DNA from: Dendrobates tinctorius
Taxonomy: Eukaryota
Direction of reading: 5' to 3'
DNA length: 64,000 nt
NCBI RefSeq assembly: GCF_039654945.1
Contig: NW_027361795.1
Coordinates: 19,096,001-19,160,000 of the forward strand
Under the pieces are notes generated by a model. It was not told the DNA's origin. It was given only the letters and a program-made list of their open reading frames with translations, and did not search any database. A program made the position numbers and the translations under genes. Of this stretch, positions 14,129 through 25,453 are shown one piece after another (position 1 is the first letter of the stretch; every line of letters begins with the position of its first letter).

Positions 14129-17100
14129 GTACCCCCCCTTGAGGAGGGGTCACTGAACCCTCATCCACGCCACCAGGCTGGTCAGGATGGGCCCGGTGAA
14201 AAGCACAACCCAATCTTTCGGCATGAATGTCAGAAGCAGAGACCCAAGAATTATCTTCCTGGCCATAACCCTTCCATTTGACCAAGTACTGGAGTCTCCG
14301 TCTAGCCAAACGAGAATCCAATATTTTCTCTACCTCATACTCCAAATTGCCTTTATCCAATACAGGGTAAGGAGGCGCCACCATAGGAACTACTGGCTCC
14401 ACAAACCTCTTGAACAAAGATTTATGAAACACATTATGAATATTAAACGTAACTGGAAGAGCCAAACGGAAAGAAGCGGGATTAAGGATTTCCAAAATCT
14501 TATAAGGTCCAATGAATCTTGGCTTGAATTTTGGAGATGCAGCCTTCATAGGATAATTCTTTGAAGACAACCAAACCATATCACCCACTTTAAACTGGGG
14601 ACCAATGGTCCTATGCCGGTTGGAAAACCATTGGGCTTTTTCCTGAGAGTGGGACAACTTATCCACCACATGGTCCCAAATCTGCTGCATTCTCTCTACC
14701 ACAGAATCCACACTTGGGCAGGCTGAAGATTCCACCTGCCCTGAAGAAATACGAGGATGAAACCCAAAGTTACAGAAAAAGGCGACATCAATGTGGCAGA
14801 ACTAGCTCTATTATTTAGAGCGAATTCGGCCAAGGGCAAAAATGAGACCCAATCATCCTGATCAGCAGAAATAAAACATCTCAAATAGGACTCCAAAGTC
14901 TGGCTTGTTCTCTTAGTCTTCCCATTGGTCTGTGGGTGAAATGCAGAGGAGAAGGATAACTGAATTCCCAGCTTGGAACAAAAGGCTTTCCAAAATCTGG
15001 AGACAAACTGCACTCCTCTGTCCGACACAATGTTCTCAGGAATCCCATGCAACCGAACCACCTGTTGTAAAAACAAGGGCACCAACTCTGAGGAAGATGG
15101 CAGCTTTGGGAGTGGTACAAGATGGACCATCTTAGAAAATCTATCACAAATCACCCAGATAACAGTCATTCTCTGAGAGACAGGAAGATCAGAAATAAAA
15201 TACATTGAGATATGGGTCCATGGCCTCCTGGGCTCCGGCAGGGGCCTCAACAACCCACTAGAACGAGAACAGGACTTAGACCGAGAACAAGTCCCACAGG
15301 ACTGCACAAAATTCCTGACATCACGAGATAAGGCAGGCCACCAAAAAGACCGACTCACCATTCTCTGGTACCAAAAATACCTGGATGACCAGCCAAAACG
15401 GAGCAATGAATTTCAGACATTACTCTTTTCCTCCACTGGACAGGGACATACAATTTTTCCATAGGGCAACGTTCAGGTTTGTCCTTCTGAAATTCCTCCA
15501 GGGCACGTCTCAAATCAGGTGAGATGGCGGAAAGAACTACACCCTCATTTAGAATGGTAGTAGGCTCGGTCACATCAAGAGAATCCACAAAGAAACTCCT
15601 AGAAAGGGCGTCCGCCTTAACATTGTTAGTGCCCGGAAGAAAAGAGACCACAAAAGTAAAACACGTGAAAAACAAGGCCCACCTAGCCTGTCTAGGATTC
15701 AAGCATTTGGCTGATTCAAGATAAATCAAATTCTTGTGGTCGGTGAGGACCACAACATGTCTAGCTCCCTCCAACCAATGTCTCCACCCTTCAAATGCCC
15801 ATTTCATGGCCAACAATTCCCGATTCCCTAAGTCATAGTTACTTTCAGATGGGGAGAATTTTCGAGAAAAGAAGGCACAGGGATTTATCTTAGAAGTCAC
15901 CGAATCTCTTTGGGACAAAATGGCTCCTGCACCAATCTCAGAAGCATCTACCTCCACCTGAAGTGGGAGTGAGACATCAGGTTGCCGTAGAACCGGAGCA
16001 GAAGTGAATTTCCGCTTAAGCTCCTGAAATGCCAAGACTGCCTCTGGAGACCAATTCACCACATCAGCGCCCTTTTTGGTCAAATCAGTCAGTGGTTTAG
16101 CAATACCAGAAAAATTACTTATAAATTTACGGTAGAAATTAGCAAAACCCAAAAACTTCTGGAGAGCCTTCAAAGAAGTGGGCTGAACCCAATCATTAAT
16201 GGCCTGTATCTTGGCCGGGTCCATTTCAATAGCCGACAGGGACAAAATGAATCCCAAAAATGAAATCCTCTGTACACCAAAGAGGCACTTCGATCCCTTA
16301 ACATACAGAGAATTTTCCCTCAAAATCCAGAACACAGTCCAGACATGTTCCACATGAGAATCCCAATCACTGGAAAAGATCAAAATATCATCCAGATAAA
16401 TGATCAAAAACTTATCCACAACGTCCCGGAAAATATCATTCATAAAAGAATGGAAGACAGAAGGAGTATTAGTGAGCCTAAAAGTCATCACCAGGTAATC
16501 AAAATGTCCCTCCGGAGTATTAAACGCCGTCTTCCATTCATCCCCGTGCTTGATGCAAATAAGATTATACGCCCTCCTGAGGTCAAGCTTGGTAAACCAA
16601 CAGGCACTTTTAACTCTGGAAAATAAATCAGAAATCAGGGGTAACAGGTACTGATATTTAACAGTGATTTTGTTAAGGGAACGATAGTCAATACATGGCC
16701 TTAATGAACCCTCTTTCTTGGCCACAAAAAAAAAACAGCACCTAAAGGTGAAGAGGATGGTCTAATATGAGCCTTCTCCAACGACTCCTTGATATAATAT
16801 CGCATAGCATCATGTTCGGGTACCGGTAAGTTGAAAAGCCAACACTTGGGAAATTTACACCCGGGCATTAACTCAATTGCACAGTCATAACTCCTATGAG
16901 GAGGCAAAGATGCAGACTTACTCTCACTAAATACATCAGAAAAATCAGCCAAATAGTCAGGAATGTCCTGAGACTGGGGAGAGGTGGAGAAAACAGGAGT
17001 GTCACTAAGAACACATTGACAACCCCAACTCACCACAGACACAGATTTCCAATCCAAAACAGGATTATGAGTTTTCAACCAAGAAAAACCCAGAACAATA

Positions 17101-17396
17101 GTATAATGCAAATTGTGCAACACAAAAAATTTACAATTTTCTTGGTGGTCTGAGGCAACCCGCATTATCACCTGGGTCCAAAACTGGGGTTTATTCTCTG
17201 CCAAAGGAGTAGCATCAATACCCCTCAAAGGGATAGGTGTCTGCAGGGATATCATGGGAAAACCACAACGTTTAGCAAAGTCCAAATCCATCAGATTCAA
17301 AGCTGCTCCTGAATCGACAAAAGCTTTATCGGAAAATGTAGACAAGGAGCAGATCAGAGTAATTGCCAAAAGAAACTTAGGCTGTACATTGCCCAC
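14121..17396 (-). pseudogene. pol: Family B pol: protease-RT-RNase H-integrase-chromodomain, several frameshifts
   Basis: AFVDSGAALN (PR); YLDDILIF (RT); IVSDRGVQF (IN); YEVEKILDSR..YLVKWKGY (chromodomain); split over ORFs 16701-17396, 15355-16725, 14696-15406, 14121-14735. Confidence 0.93.
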
Positions 17397-17424
17397 CGCA
17401 AATGTGTGAGCAAAACGCTTTTCT

Positions 17425-18176
17425 CATTTAGGGCAGACAGAAATAGTATGGAAGGCGTCCCCACAGAAAAAACACAGCTTATTACGCCTTCTAAACTCCT
17501 GACGGTGCGCACTAGACAAAACCCTATCACATTGCATGGGTTCAGAAGTTCATTCGAAAGGTGGCAACGCCTCTCATGTAGTTTTACGTTCACGTAAGCG
17601 CCGATCAGTTTGAATGACCAATGACATAGAGTCGTCAAGACCAGAGGGAAAAGGAAATCCCACCATAACATCTTTTACGGTTTCTGCCAAACCCTTCCGA
17701 AAGAGAGCTGCTAGGGCAACATCATTCCATTTAGTAAGGACCACCCACTTTCGGAATTTTTGACAATATAACTCTGCAGAATCCTGACCCTGGTTCAATG
17801 CCAATAAGGTTTTCTCAGCTTGATCAATAGCATTAGGTTCATCATACAACAACCCCAAGGCTTGAAAAAACACATCCACATTAGCCAGAATAGAATCTCC
17901 GGGTGTCAAAGAAAAGGCCCAATCCTGGGGATCACCGCGCAGCAGGGAAATGACAATTTTAACCTGCTGCACAGAGCTCCCCGATGAGTTAGGTTTCAAA
18001 GCAAAAAATGGATTACAATTATTCTTAAAAATCAAAAATTTAGACTGATCCCTAGAAAACACATCAGGAGTAGGGATTTTTGTTTCAACAACAGATGATT
18101 GAGCGAAATAGGCAGAAATTCCCCGCACTTCAGCAGCGAGCTGCTCAACACGATCAGACAATTGCTTAGTCTCCAT
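17425..18176 (-). pseudogene. gag: Family B gag (PEG10/RTL1-like capsid plus CCHC knuckle), interrupted
   Basis: ORF 17574-18176 has KIVISLLRGDPQDWA, LLALNQGQDSAELY and FRKGL; downstream frame gives CFFCGDAFHTISVC (CX2CX4HX4C) at ~17430-17475. Confidence 0.9.
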
Positions 18177-18317
18177 TTAGACAAAAAAAAGTACCCTCCT
18201 GCAGCCCCAGAAAAAAAAAGAGGAAAAAATATATTAAAAAAATTCTGACACTTTTTTTTTTTTTAAATTCTTTCCTTCTTTAGAGTACCCTAGAGTCTAC
18301 AGTTAGGCTGGTGATTC

Positions 18318-19240
18318 TGTTATGAATGGGTCACTGAGGAGGATAGCAGGCCCAGGCTAAGCCACAGAAAACCAGAGAGGTTGGTAACTAAGGGGATTGC
18401 AGACCCCTGATCCTATCCACACAACTAGAAGTTGCCATGGAGCGTACCTATGATGATCCTAGATGCCTCGGTACAGCCGGAGAGCTAACTAAGCCTAAAG
18501 CAAGAAAGGGGAAATCAAAACTGCCACAGAGCAGACCCCAAAGGAATAGACAGTCCCCAAACACATATTGTCGGTGAGACAAGATGAAAACACAAACGCA
18601 GGTAGGAAAACAGACTGAGCAAATGATGGGGCCCACACTGACTAGACAGGACAGGAAAGGATAGACACTGTCTGCAATCACGTAAAAAACCCTGCAAAAA
18701 GTCCAACACGTCTGATGCACAAAAACACTGAAGTCACATGACTTCGCCCCCACTATATCAGCACTCTGGTATATTCTGAAAGCAAAGCAAAAAGAGACCA
18801 ATATAACAGGGGACAAAACAAACTGGCACTAGCAGTAAAATATGGGCCATGATTCAGCACAGCCCCAGCCGGAGCTGGCCGACCCGCACAAAGCAGAGAT
18901 AGACAAAACCAGATCAAATGCAAACAGAAAAGCAAATGAATCACTTAGCTGAATCATGCAGGGACAGAGCAGGAGACATCAGACCTCTGAAGGCACAGGA
19001 AGAAAATCACCAGCAGGGATAGAGGGAGTTGGCTGTCTTAAATCCCAATCTGAAACCCCAGATCTCCAATCATCATCCTCATTATCAGGTGGCAAGTCTC
19101 TATCAATCAGATCAGCTCCACTACCTCCAGTAACCACCAGAGGGAGCCCAGAAAGAGAACCCCCAACCCCTCTGTTAATCTGATCTGCTCCACTACCTTC
19201 AGTAATAACCAGAGGGAGGCCAGAAAGAGAATTCACAACA
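18318..19240 (-). repeat. 5' LTR, family B
   Basis: Direct repeat of 13207-14128; followed in element sense by the primer site GAATCACCAGCC. Confidence 0.95.
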
Positions 19241-19929
19241 CATGGGTCAATGAAAAAAACTGATTAGTGAATAGCTCTATTGACTTGCATGGTTAGTAGG
19301 CTTACAGTTTTAAAGGAGAGGACACAAGGGCAAGAAAAATGTTAGTGTGAATAAGGTCTTATCTCTTCCCTTAAGTAAAACCCACCATGAAAAGACTGAT
19401 CACTTAATCTCAGGCTTCATCCTAGTAAGAATTGGCAGCCCAGCCAAAGTGGCCAAAGAATAAAAGGAGAGAAGGTATATACTAAATCACACCATATATA
19501 CAAAATAAAGTACTTTTAGATTCCAGTCCTAAGGAGATATTGGGAGAAAATGTATGGGACATGAATGTTTCAACAGTAGTAACATCTATGTAGTCACCAA
19601 GTCACTACAACGGCTACAACTACATACGTTACAAGGTATCCTCAGGGATACATGGAGTCCCTGGGTTGAAAACAAGATAGATTCTGTAGGTTTGTTCTTA
19701 AGTTGAATTTGTATTTTGGAAGGGTTTCTTCTTAAGTTGAATTTGTATTTTGGAGTGGGTATATTTGTTAAATGGGCAATTTGTTTTACTGTTTTGCATA
19801 GCATATGGAAGGGTAACCACTAGAGGTGGGCAAAATTTTATGAGTGGAATTGAATTCTACTCAAATTTTACAAAAATCTGTATTCTCCAAAATGCAGCAT
19901 TTAGAACACTTCAACCTGTGGAATGAAGT

Positions 19930-20504
19930 GATGATGCCCCTGTGTCGCTGCCTCCTCCTGGTTTGAATTCCAGCACCTGCGCTATGACAAGAGTTCTCAG
20001 GAATGCGCAGTGCACGCTGCCCGAGAACCGACATCAGGCTATTGCACCTGCGTGTTGTGGGGGCCTCAGATCCCGCCCCGCAGTGTGTTATGATGTATTC
20101 ACACTGTGGGGCTGGGGCCTCCGCAACATGCAGGCGCAATAGCCAGATGTCGGTTCTCGGGCAGCGCGCACTGCGCATGCCCGAGAACTCTTGTCACAGC
20201 ACAGGCTCCGGCATTCAAAACAGGAGGAGGCACCGACGCACAGGGGCATCATGATGGACAGATGGTGGGCGGCGCCGAGACACCGGACAGGCATGATGGA
20301 CCGATGGTAGGCGGCTGATACAAGGGGACACACCATACCTATGGGACACATTACAGGTATGAGGAGCTAGTTAAAAAAATTGATATTTCAGCATTACTGG
20401 GGGGCAGAAAAAGAAGAGCCACCTTCACAGAGTGCAGCCTTAGTGCTGCTGAAGGTGGCTCTTTAACTGACAAACACCCTGGGGTGGTGACAGGTTCCCT
20501 TTAA
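19930..20504. mobile_element. Kolobok/T2-type MITE remnant with internal GC-rich hairpin (~130-bp arms)
   Basis: Ends GACAGGTTCCCT-TTAA; 19943-20070 mirrors 20111-20240, so ORFs 19861-20178(-) and 20003-20254(+) are near-identical. Confidence 0.6.
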
Positions 20505-20599
20505 GACTCTCTACCTCATATATAATGGTTTTTAGATTGTGAGCCCTCACGCACAGGGTCCTCTCTCCTCCTGTACCAGTCATGATTTGTATTGTTTAA

Positions 20600-23438
20600 C
20601 CCCTTTGTGACATTTGATGTACTATCCCATCCATGTGGCCTGGGCCTTAATGACCATGGACGGGATTGAACGTCATGTGCGATTAGCCGTGCTCACGGGG
20701 GGAAGCGCGGCTGATCGTGGCTGGGTGTCAACTTATTCTCACAGCTGACACCAGGCACTAAGTGCTAGAAGCGGTCACGGACCACTCCCGGCACTTTAAC
20801 CCCCGGAACACTGCGATCAAACATGATTGCAGCGTTCCGGAGCCAGCAGAGGGGCTGACAGTCCCTCTGCCTTTGGATCGGAGACCCTGCATCATGATGC
20901 GGGGTCCCAATCGCTGCCATGGAGACCCGATGTCATCATGATGACATACTGGTCTCCAGAGCTGAGAGACTTCCTGCATTTCAGGAAGTCTCTCAGGTTA
21001 GTGTTATAGAAGCTACAGCGCTGACAGCTTCTATAGCATGCAGATCTGCATGCTATAGAAGCGATCAGCCTGCACAAAATGAGTGTCCCAAAGTGAGACA
21101 CAGTGTAAAAGTTAGAATTAAATTAAAAAATTAAAATAATTGTAAAAATACTTTAAAAAATAATAATTAAAAAATCAAAATTTATTCCATCTATAAATAA
21201 ATATTTAAATAAAAAAAATCTAAACAATAAAAGTACGCAAATTTAGTATTGCCGCATCCGTAACGACCGACCTTTAAAACTGTCCCACTAGTTAACCCCT
21301 TTAGTGAACAGCATTAAAAAAAGAAGGCAAAAAAACAATGCTTTATCATCATATTGCCGAACAAAAAGTGGAATAACACACGATCAAAAAGACAGATATA
21401 AATAAACATGGCACCACTGAAAACATCATCTCGTCCTGCATAAAACAAGCCACCATATAGCTCCAACACCAGAAAAATAAAAGAACTATAGCTCTCAGAA
21501 TAAAGTGCTGCAAAAATAATTTCTTTTCAAAAAATGTCATGCGCCCGAAAATGGTACCAATAAAAACGTCAACTTGTCTCGCAAAAAACAAGACCTCACA
21601 TGACTCTCTGGGCCAAAATATGGAAAAATTATAGCTCTCAAAATGTGGTGATGCAAAAACTATTTTTTGCAATAAAAAGCGTCTTTTAGTGTGTGACAGC
21701 TGCCAAACATAAAAACCCGCTGTAAATAGTAAATCAAAATCCCCTTAGTTAGGGAAAAATATTAAATTAAAAAAATGTATTTATTTCCATTTTCCCATTA
21801 AGGTTAGGGTTAGGGATAGGGCTAGGGTTAGGGTTAGGGCTATAGTTAGGGTTGGGGCTAAAGTTTGGGTTAGGGCTGGGGCTAAAGATAGGGTTAGGGT
21901 TGGGGCTAAAGTTAGGGTTAGAGTTGGGGCTAAAGGAGTTAGAGTTGGGCCTAAATTTAGGATTACGGCTACGGTTGGGATTAGGGTTAGGGTTAGGATT
22001 TTGGTTGGGGTTGGGATTAGGATTAGGGTTAGAGTTGGGGCTAAAGGAGTTAGAGTTGGGCCTAAATTTAGGATTACGGCTACGGTTGGGATTAGGGTTA
22101 GGGTGTGTTAGGGTTAGGGTTGTGGTTAGGGTTGGGATTAGGGTTAGAGGTGTGTTGGGGTTAGGGATGGAGTTAGAATTGGGGGGGTTTCCACTGTTTA
22201 GGCACTTCAGGGACTCTTCCAAATGTGACATGGAGTCTGTTCTCAATTCCAGCCAATTTTGCATTGAAAATTCAAACGGCTCTCCGTCCCTTCCGAGCTC
22301 TGCCATGCGCCCAAACAGTGGTTTACCCCCACATATGGGGTATCAGCATTCTCAAAACAAATTGCACAACAACTTTTGGGGTCCGATTTCTCCTGATACC
22401 CTTGGGAAAATAAAAAATTGGGGGGGAAAAGATAATTTTTTTGAAAAAACATGATTTTTAATTTTTACGACTCTACATTATAAACTTCTGTGAAGCACTT
22501 GGGATTCAAAGTGCTTACCACACATCTAGATAAGTTCCTTGGGGGTCTACTTTCCAAATTGGTGTCACTTGGGGGGTTTCCACTGTTTAGGCACATCAGG
22601 GGCTCTCCAAACATGACATGGCGTCCAATCTCAATTCCAGCCAATTTTGCATTGAAAAGTCAAACGGTGCTCCTTCCTTTCCGAGCTCTGCCATGTGCCC
22701 AAACAGTAGTTTACCTGCATATATGAGGTATCAGCGTACTCAGCACAAATTGTACAACTTTTATGGTCCAATTTCTCCTTGTCCTGTTACTCTTGGTAAA
22801 ATAAAACAAATTGGATCTGAATTAAATATTTTGTGAAAAAAAGTTAAAAGTTCATTTTTTTTAAACATTCCAAAAATTCCTGTGAAGCACCTGAAGGGTT
22901 AATAAACTTCTTGAATGTGATTTGAGCACCTTGAGGGGTGCAGTTTTTAGAATGGTGTCACTCTTGGGTATTTTCTATTATATAGACCACTCAAAGTGAC
23001 ATCAAAGTTGATGTGGTCCCTAAAAAACTGGTTTTATACATTTTGTTCTAAAAATGAGAAATCGCTGGTCAACTTTTAACCCTTATAACTTGCTAACAAA
23101 TAAAATGTTCCCAAAATTGTGCTGATGTAAAGTAGACATGTGGGAAATGTTACTTAAGTATTTTGTGTGACATATCTCTGTGATTTAAGGGCATGTAAAT
23201 TCAAAGTTGGAAAATTACAAAATTTTCACCAAATTTCCATTTTTTCACAAATAAACGCAAGTCATATCAAATAAATGTAACCACTATCATGAAGTACAAT
23301 ATGTCACGAGAAAACATTGTCTGAATAACCAGGATCCATGGAACCATTCCAGAGTTATTACCTCAAAAAGAGACACTGGTCAGAATTGTAAAAATTGGAC
23401 AGGTCATAACATGCAAACTACCCTTGGGGGTAAGGCAT
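20600..23438. mobile_element. Non-autonomous TTAA-specific (piggyBac-like) element inserted in an L2-type 3' tail
   Basis: TTAA at 20596-20599 and 23439-23442; starts CCCCTT, right end degenerate; internal duplication ~22185-22400 vs ~22570-22770; flanks (20527-20595, 23443-23535) join into an L2 tail ending GGAATAAATGG..(AAT)n. Confidence 0.65.
21797..22180 (+). repeat. Degenerate telomere-like (TTAGGG/TTGGGG)n array
   Basis: Many GGGTTA and GGGTTG hexamers, with a ~120-bp higher-order duplication. Confidence 0.9.
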
Positions 23439-25049
23439 TTAAGATTTCTGGATTTGTTTTTTTATATATACCACTCCTCACATGTAAAGCACCATGGAAT
23501 AAATGGCATTTTAATAATAAATAATAATAATAATGGCTCACACAATGTATTTTCTGCCAGAAGGGTTACATACAGCTTTAGTAAATTTAAAAGATGTTTC
23601 AAGTAATAGTAATTTTTTTCACACTTTCACCACTGTCTAGTTACGGGTAAAAAGTAAATTATGACCCTATATATCTCCAGTAATTCCATATTCCCTTTTT
23701 TGTACTTTCTATACAATAATGAATAAAAAATGTGAAGTTCAATACTATGTTTTATAGTGGTGCTCACTGCATGATTGCCAAAAACCCTATCAGTTTAAGG
23801 ACATCATTTAATGTAGATTTAGTATAATTATCTACTTATCAGCTGTTTCACAGGAGTTAGCATTCCCTAAGGACATTTGTGTCACAAACAGATATACAAT
23901 GACCATATCATTCGCGTTTCCAATCCCATAATTCAGCCATTGTGTATTAAAGATATTTCAATAAAAGAGAGTGATGACTCCTTAAGACACCCCTCATCAA
24001 TTCCTCACATCATTGATATACGTCTGGCAATGTCACTCAGTTAAAAACTGGCCCATCTGCTCTCCCTATTCTATTGCTTAAATGACTATATTTTTCAGAA
24101 TGGATATAAAGCAAGCAGACCAAAACCAGAGGATATCTATAGATGGCAACCATACCAAAATGTACAAGTGCACTGTAGTATAGATAAGGGAAATATTTAG
24201 CATGGGCCAGTGTCTACACAATATGCGTTTCCTAAGCATAAAATTGTAAATTTAGATATAGGTTACCATATTTATAGGATATAAGATTGATTATATATAT
24301 ATAGGATTGAATTTCCAATTTTTATTCATTATTGCATAAAAAAGTACAAAAAAGCAATATGGAATATACATATATTAGTGAAAACACTGTGAAATAACTT
24401 TGGATGCCACACTGAGCATCCATAAGTTATTATTTTCTTTCCGAAATACAAAAGAGAATGGCAAAAGGTAATCTGCTGTCTTGAAAATATCATGTCATGA
24501 AATATCACAAGAAGAGCATTCCTGGCGGAATATGAGTTGCTAATAAGACATTAGCTTCCCATTGTGCCTCAAGTATTTACCTTCTACTAGTATCTACATA
24601 TACCTTCAACATTTTCTTCACCTCCAATCTCTCGGTTATCTTTTTTCAGCTCTGCTTTATGATTATGTGTTCATGTTTTATTTCAGCTTTGTAACGGTAG
24701 AGCTATTATTTTTCACATATGTGCAATGGGTACAATCCATTCGAAGAGTGATGAACGTGGGTCATGTTTCAATAAATTCACTGAATTATTATTTACAAGT
24801 CTTTAAAATAGTTCATGGCCTGAAAGAAGAAAAGCTATGTCAGATCATTGAACCTTCAATGGTCACCTAAGTCATCACATGAGCTTATCAGTAAAACAAC
24901 AGAAGGTCCATCTGCTGCACTGAGCAGATAGACAAGGTTTTCCCCCTAAAGACTTACTATAAATCATATTTATGCTCCATGATCAAAGTCCATGTAGAGC
25001 GTTCTATTGGTAACATGTGATCCCTGGGATGGAAGTAGCCTAGTAGCCC

Positions 25050-25453
25050 TTAAAGACCTGTTTCCGGGTGAAAAGAGGGCTGTTTTGTCCCTATTTCTTT
25101 AACACTGCTCCCCTGAAGAAACCATGTTATTCTTTTTAAATCTCCCACATGGATTCAGAAATATTGGCCTTTTTATTTAGTGCTAATTTTTAAACTTTCC
25201 CAAAGGAAAGCTGCTCAGAGGGTTTCAATGCAAAATATGCTGTTGACACCCCCCAGAGAGTTCTGTGAGCAACACCCCCTTGGTAAAGACCATAAAAATG
25301 TGTACTAAATAAAAAGAACCATGTCTCAGGAATCACATCCAGGATTTAAAAAATATTAAAAAAATAAAATAAAAAAGGTGTGCTCAGGGAATCAGTGGTA
25401 CTAAAATAAGAGCAAAACAGGCTACTTTTGGCCAAGTGATAAGTCTTCTTTAA
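25050..25453. mobile_element. Old palindromic T2/Kolobok-like MITE
   Basis: TTAA-bounded, with imperfect long inverted arms (CTGTTTTGTCCCTATTT / AAATAAGAGCAAAACAG). Confidence 0.5.

Larger units (their letters stand above)
13207..19240 (-). mobile_element. Full-length Ty3/Gypsy chromovirus provirus (family B) with two ~922-bp LTRs and 6-bp TSD CATGGG
   Basis: LTRs 13207-14128 and 18318-19240 (TG...CA); CATGGG at 13201-13206 and 19241-19246; PPT at ~14131-14140; gag-pol inside. Confidence 0.96.

Noticed and set aside
21767-22454. Long PN-rich and LG-rich ORFs
   Set aside because: Translations of the telomere-like hexamer array; no evidence of coding.
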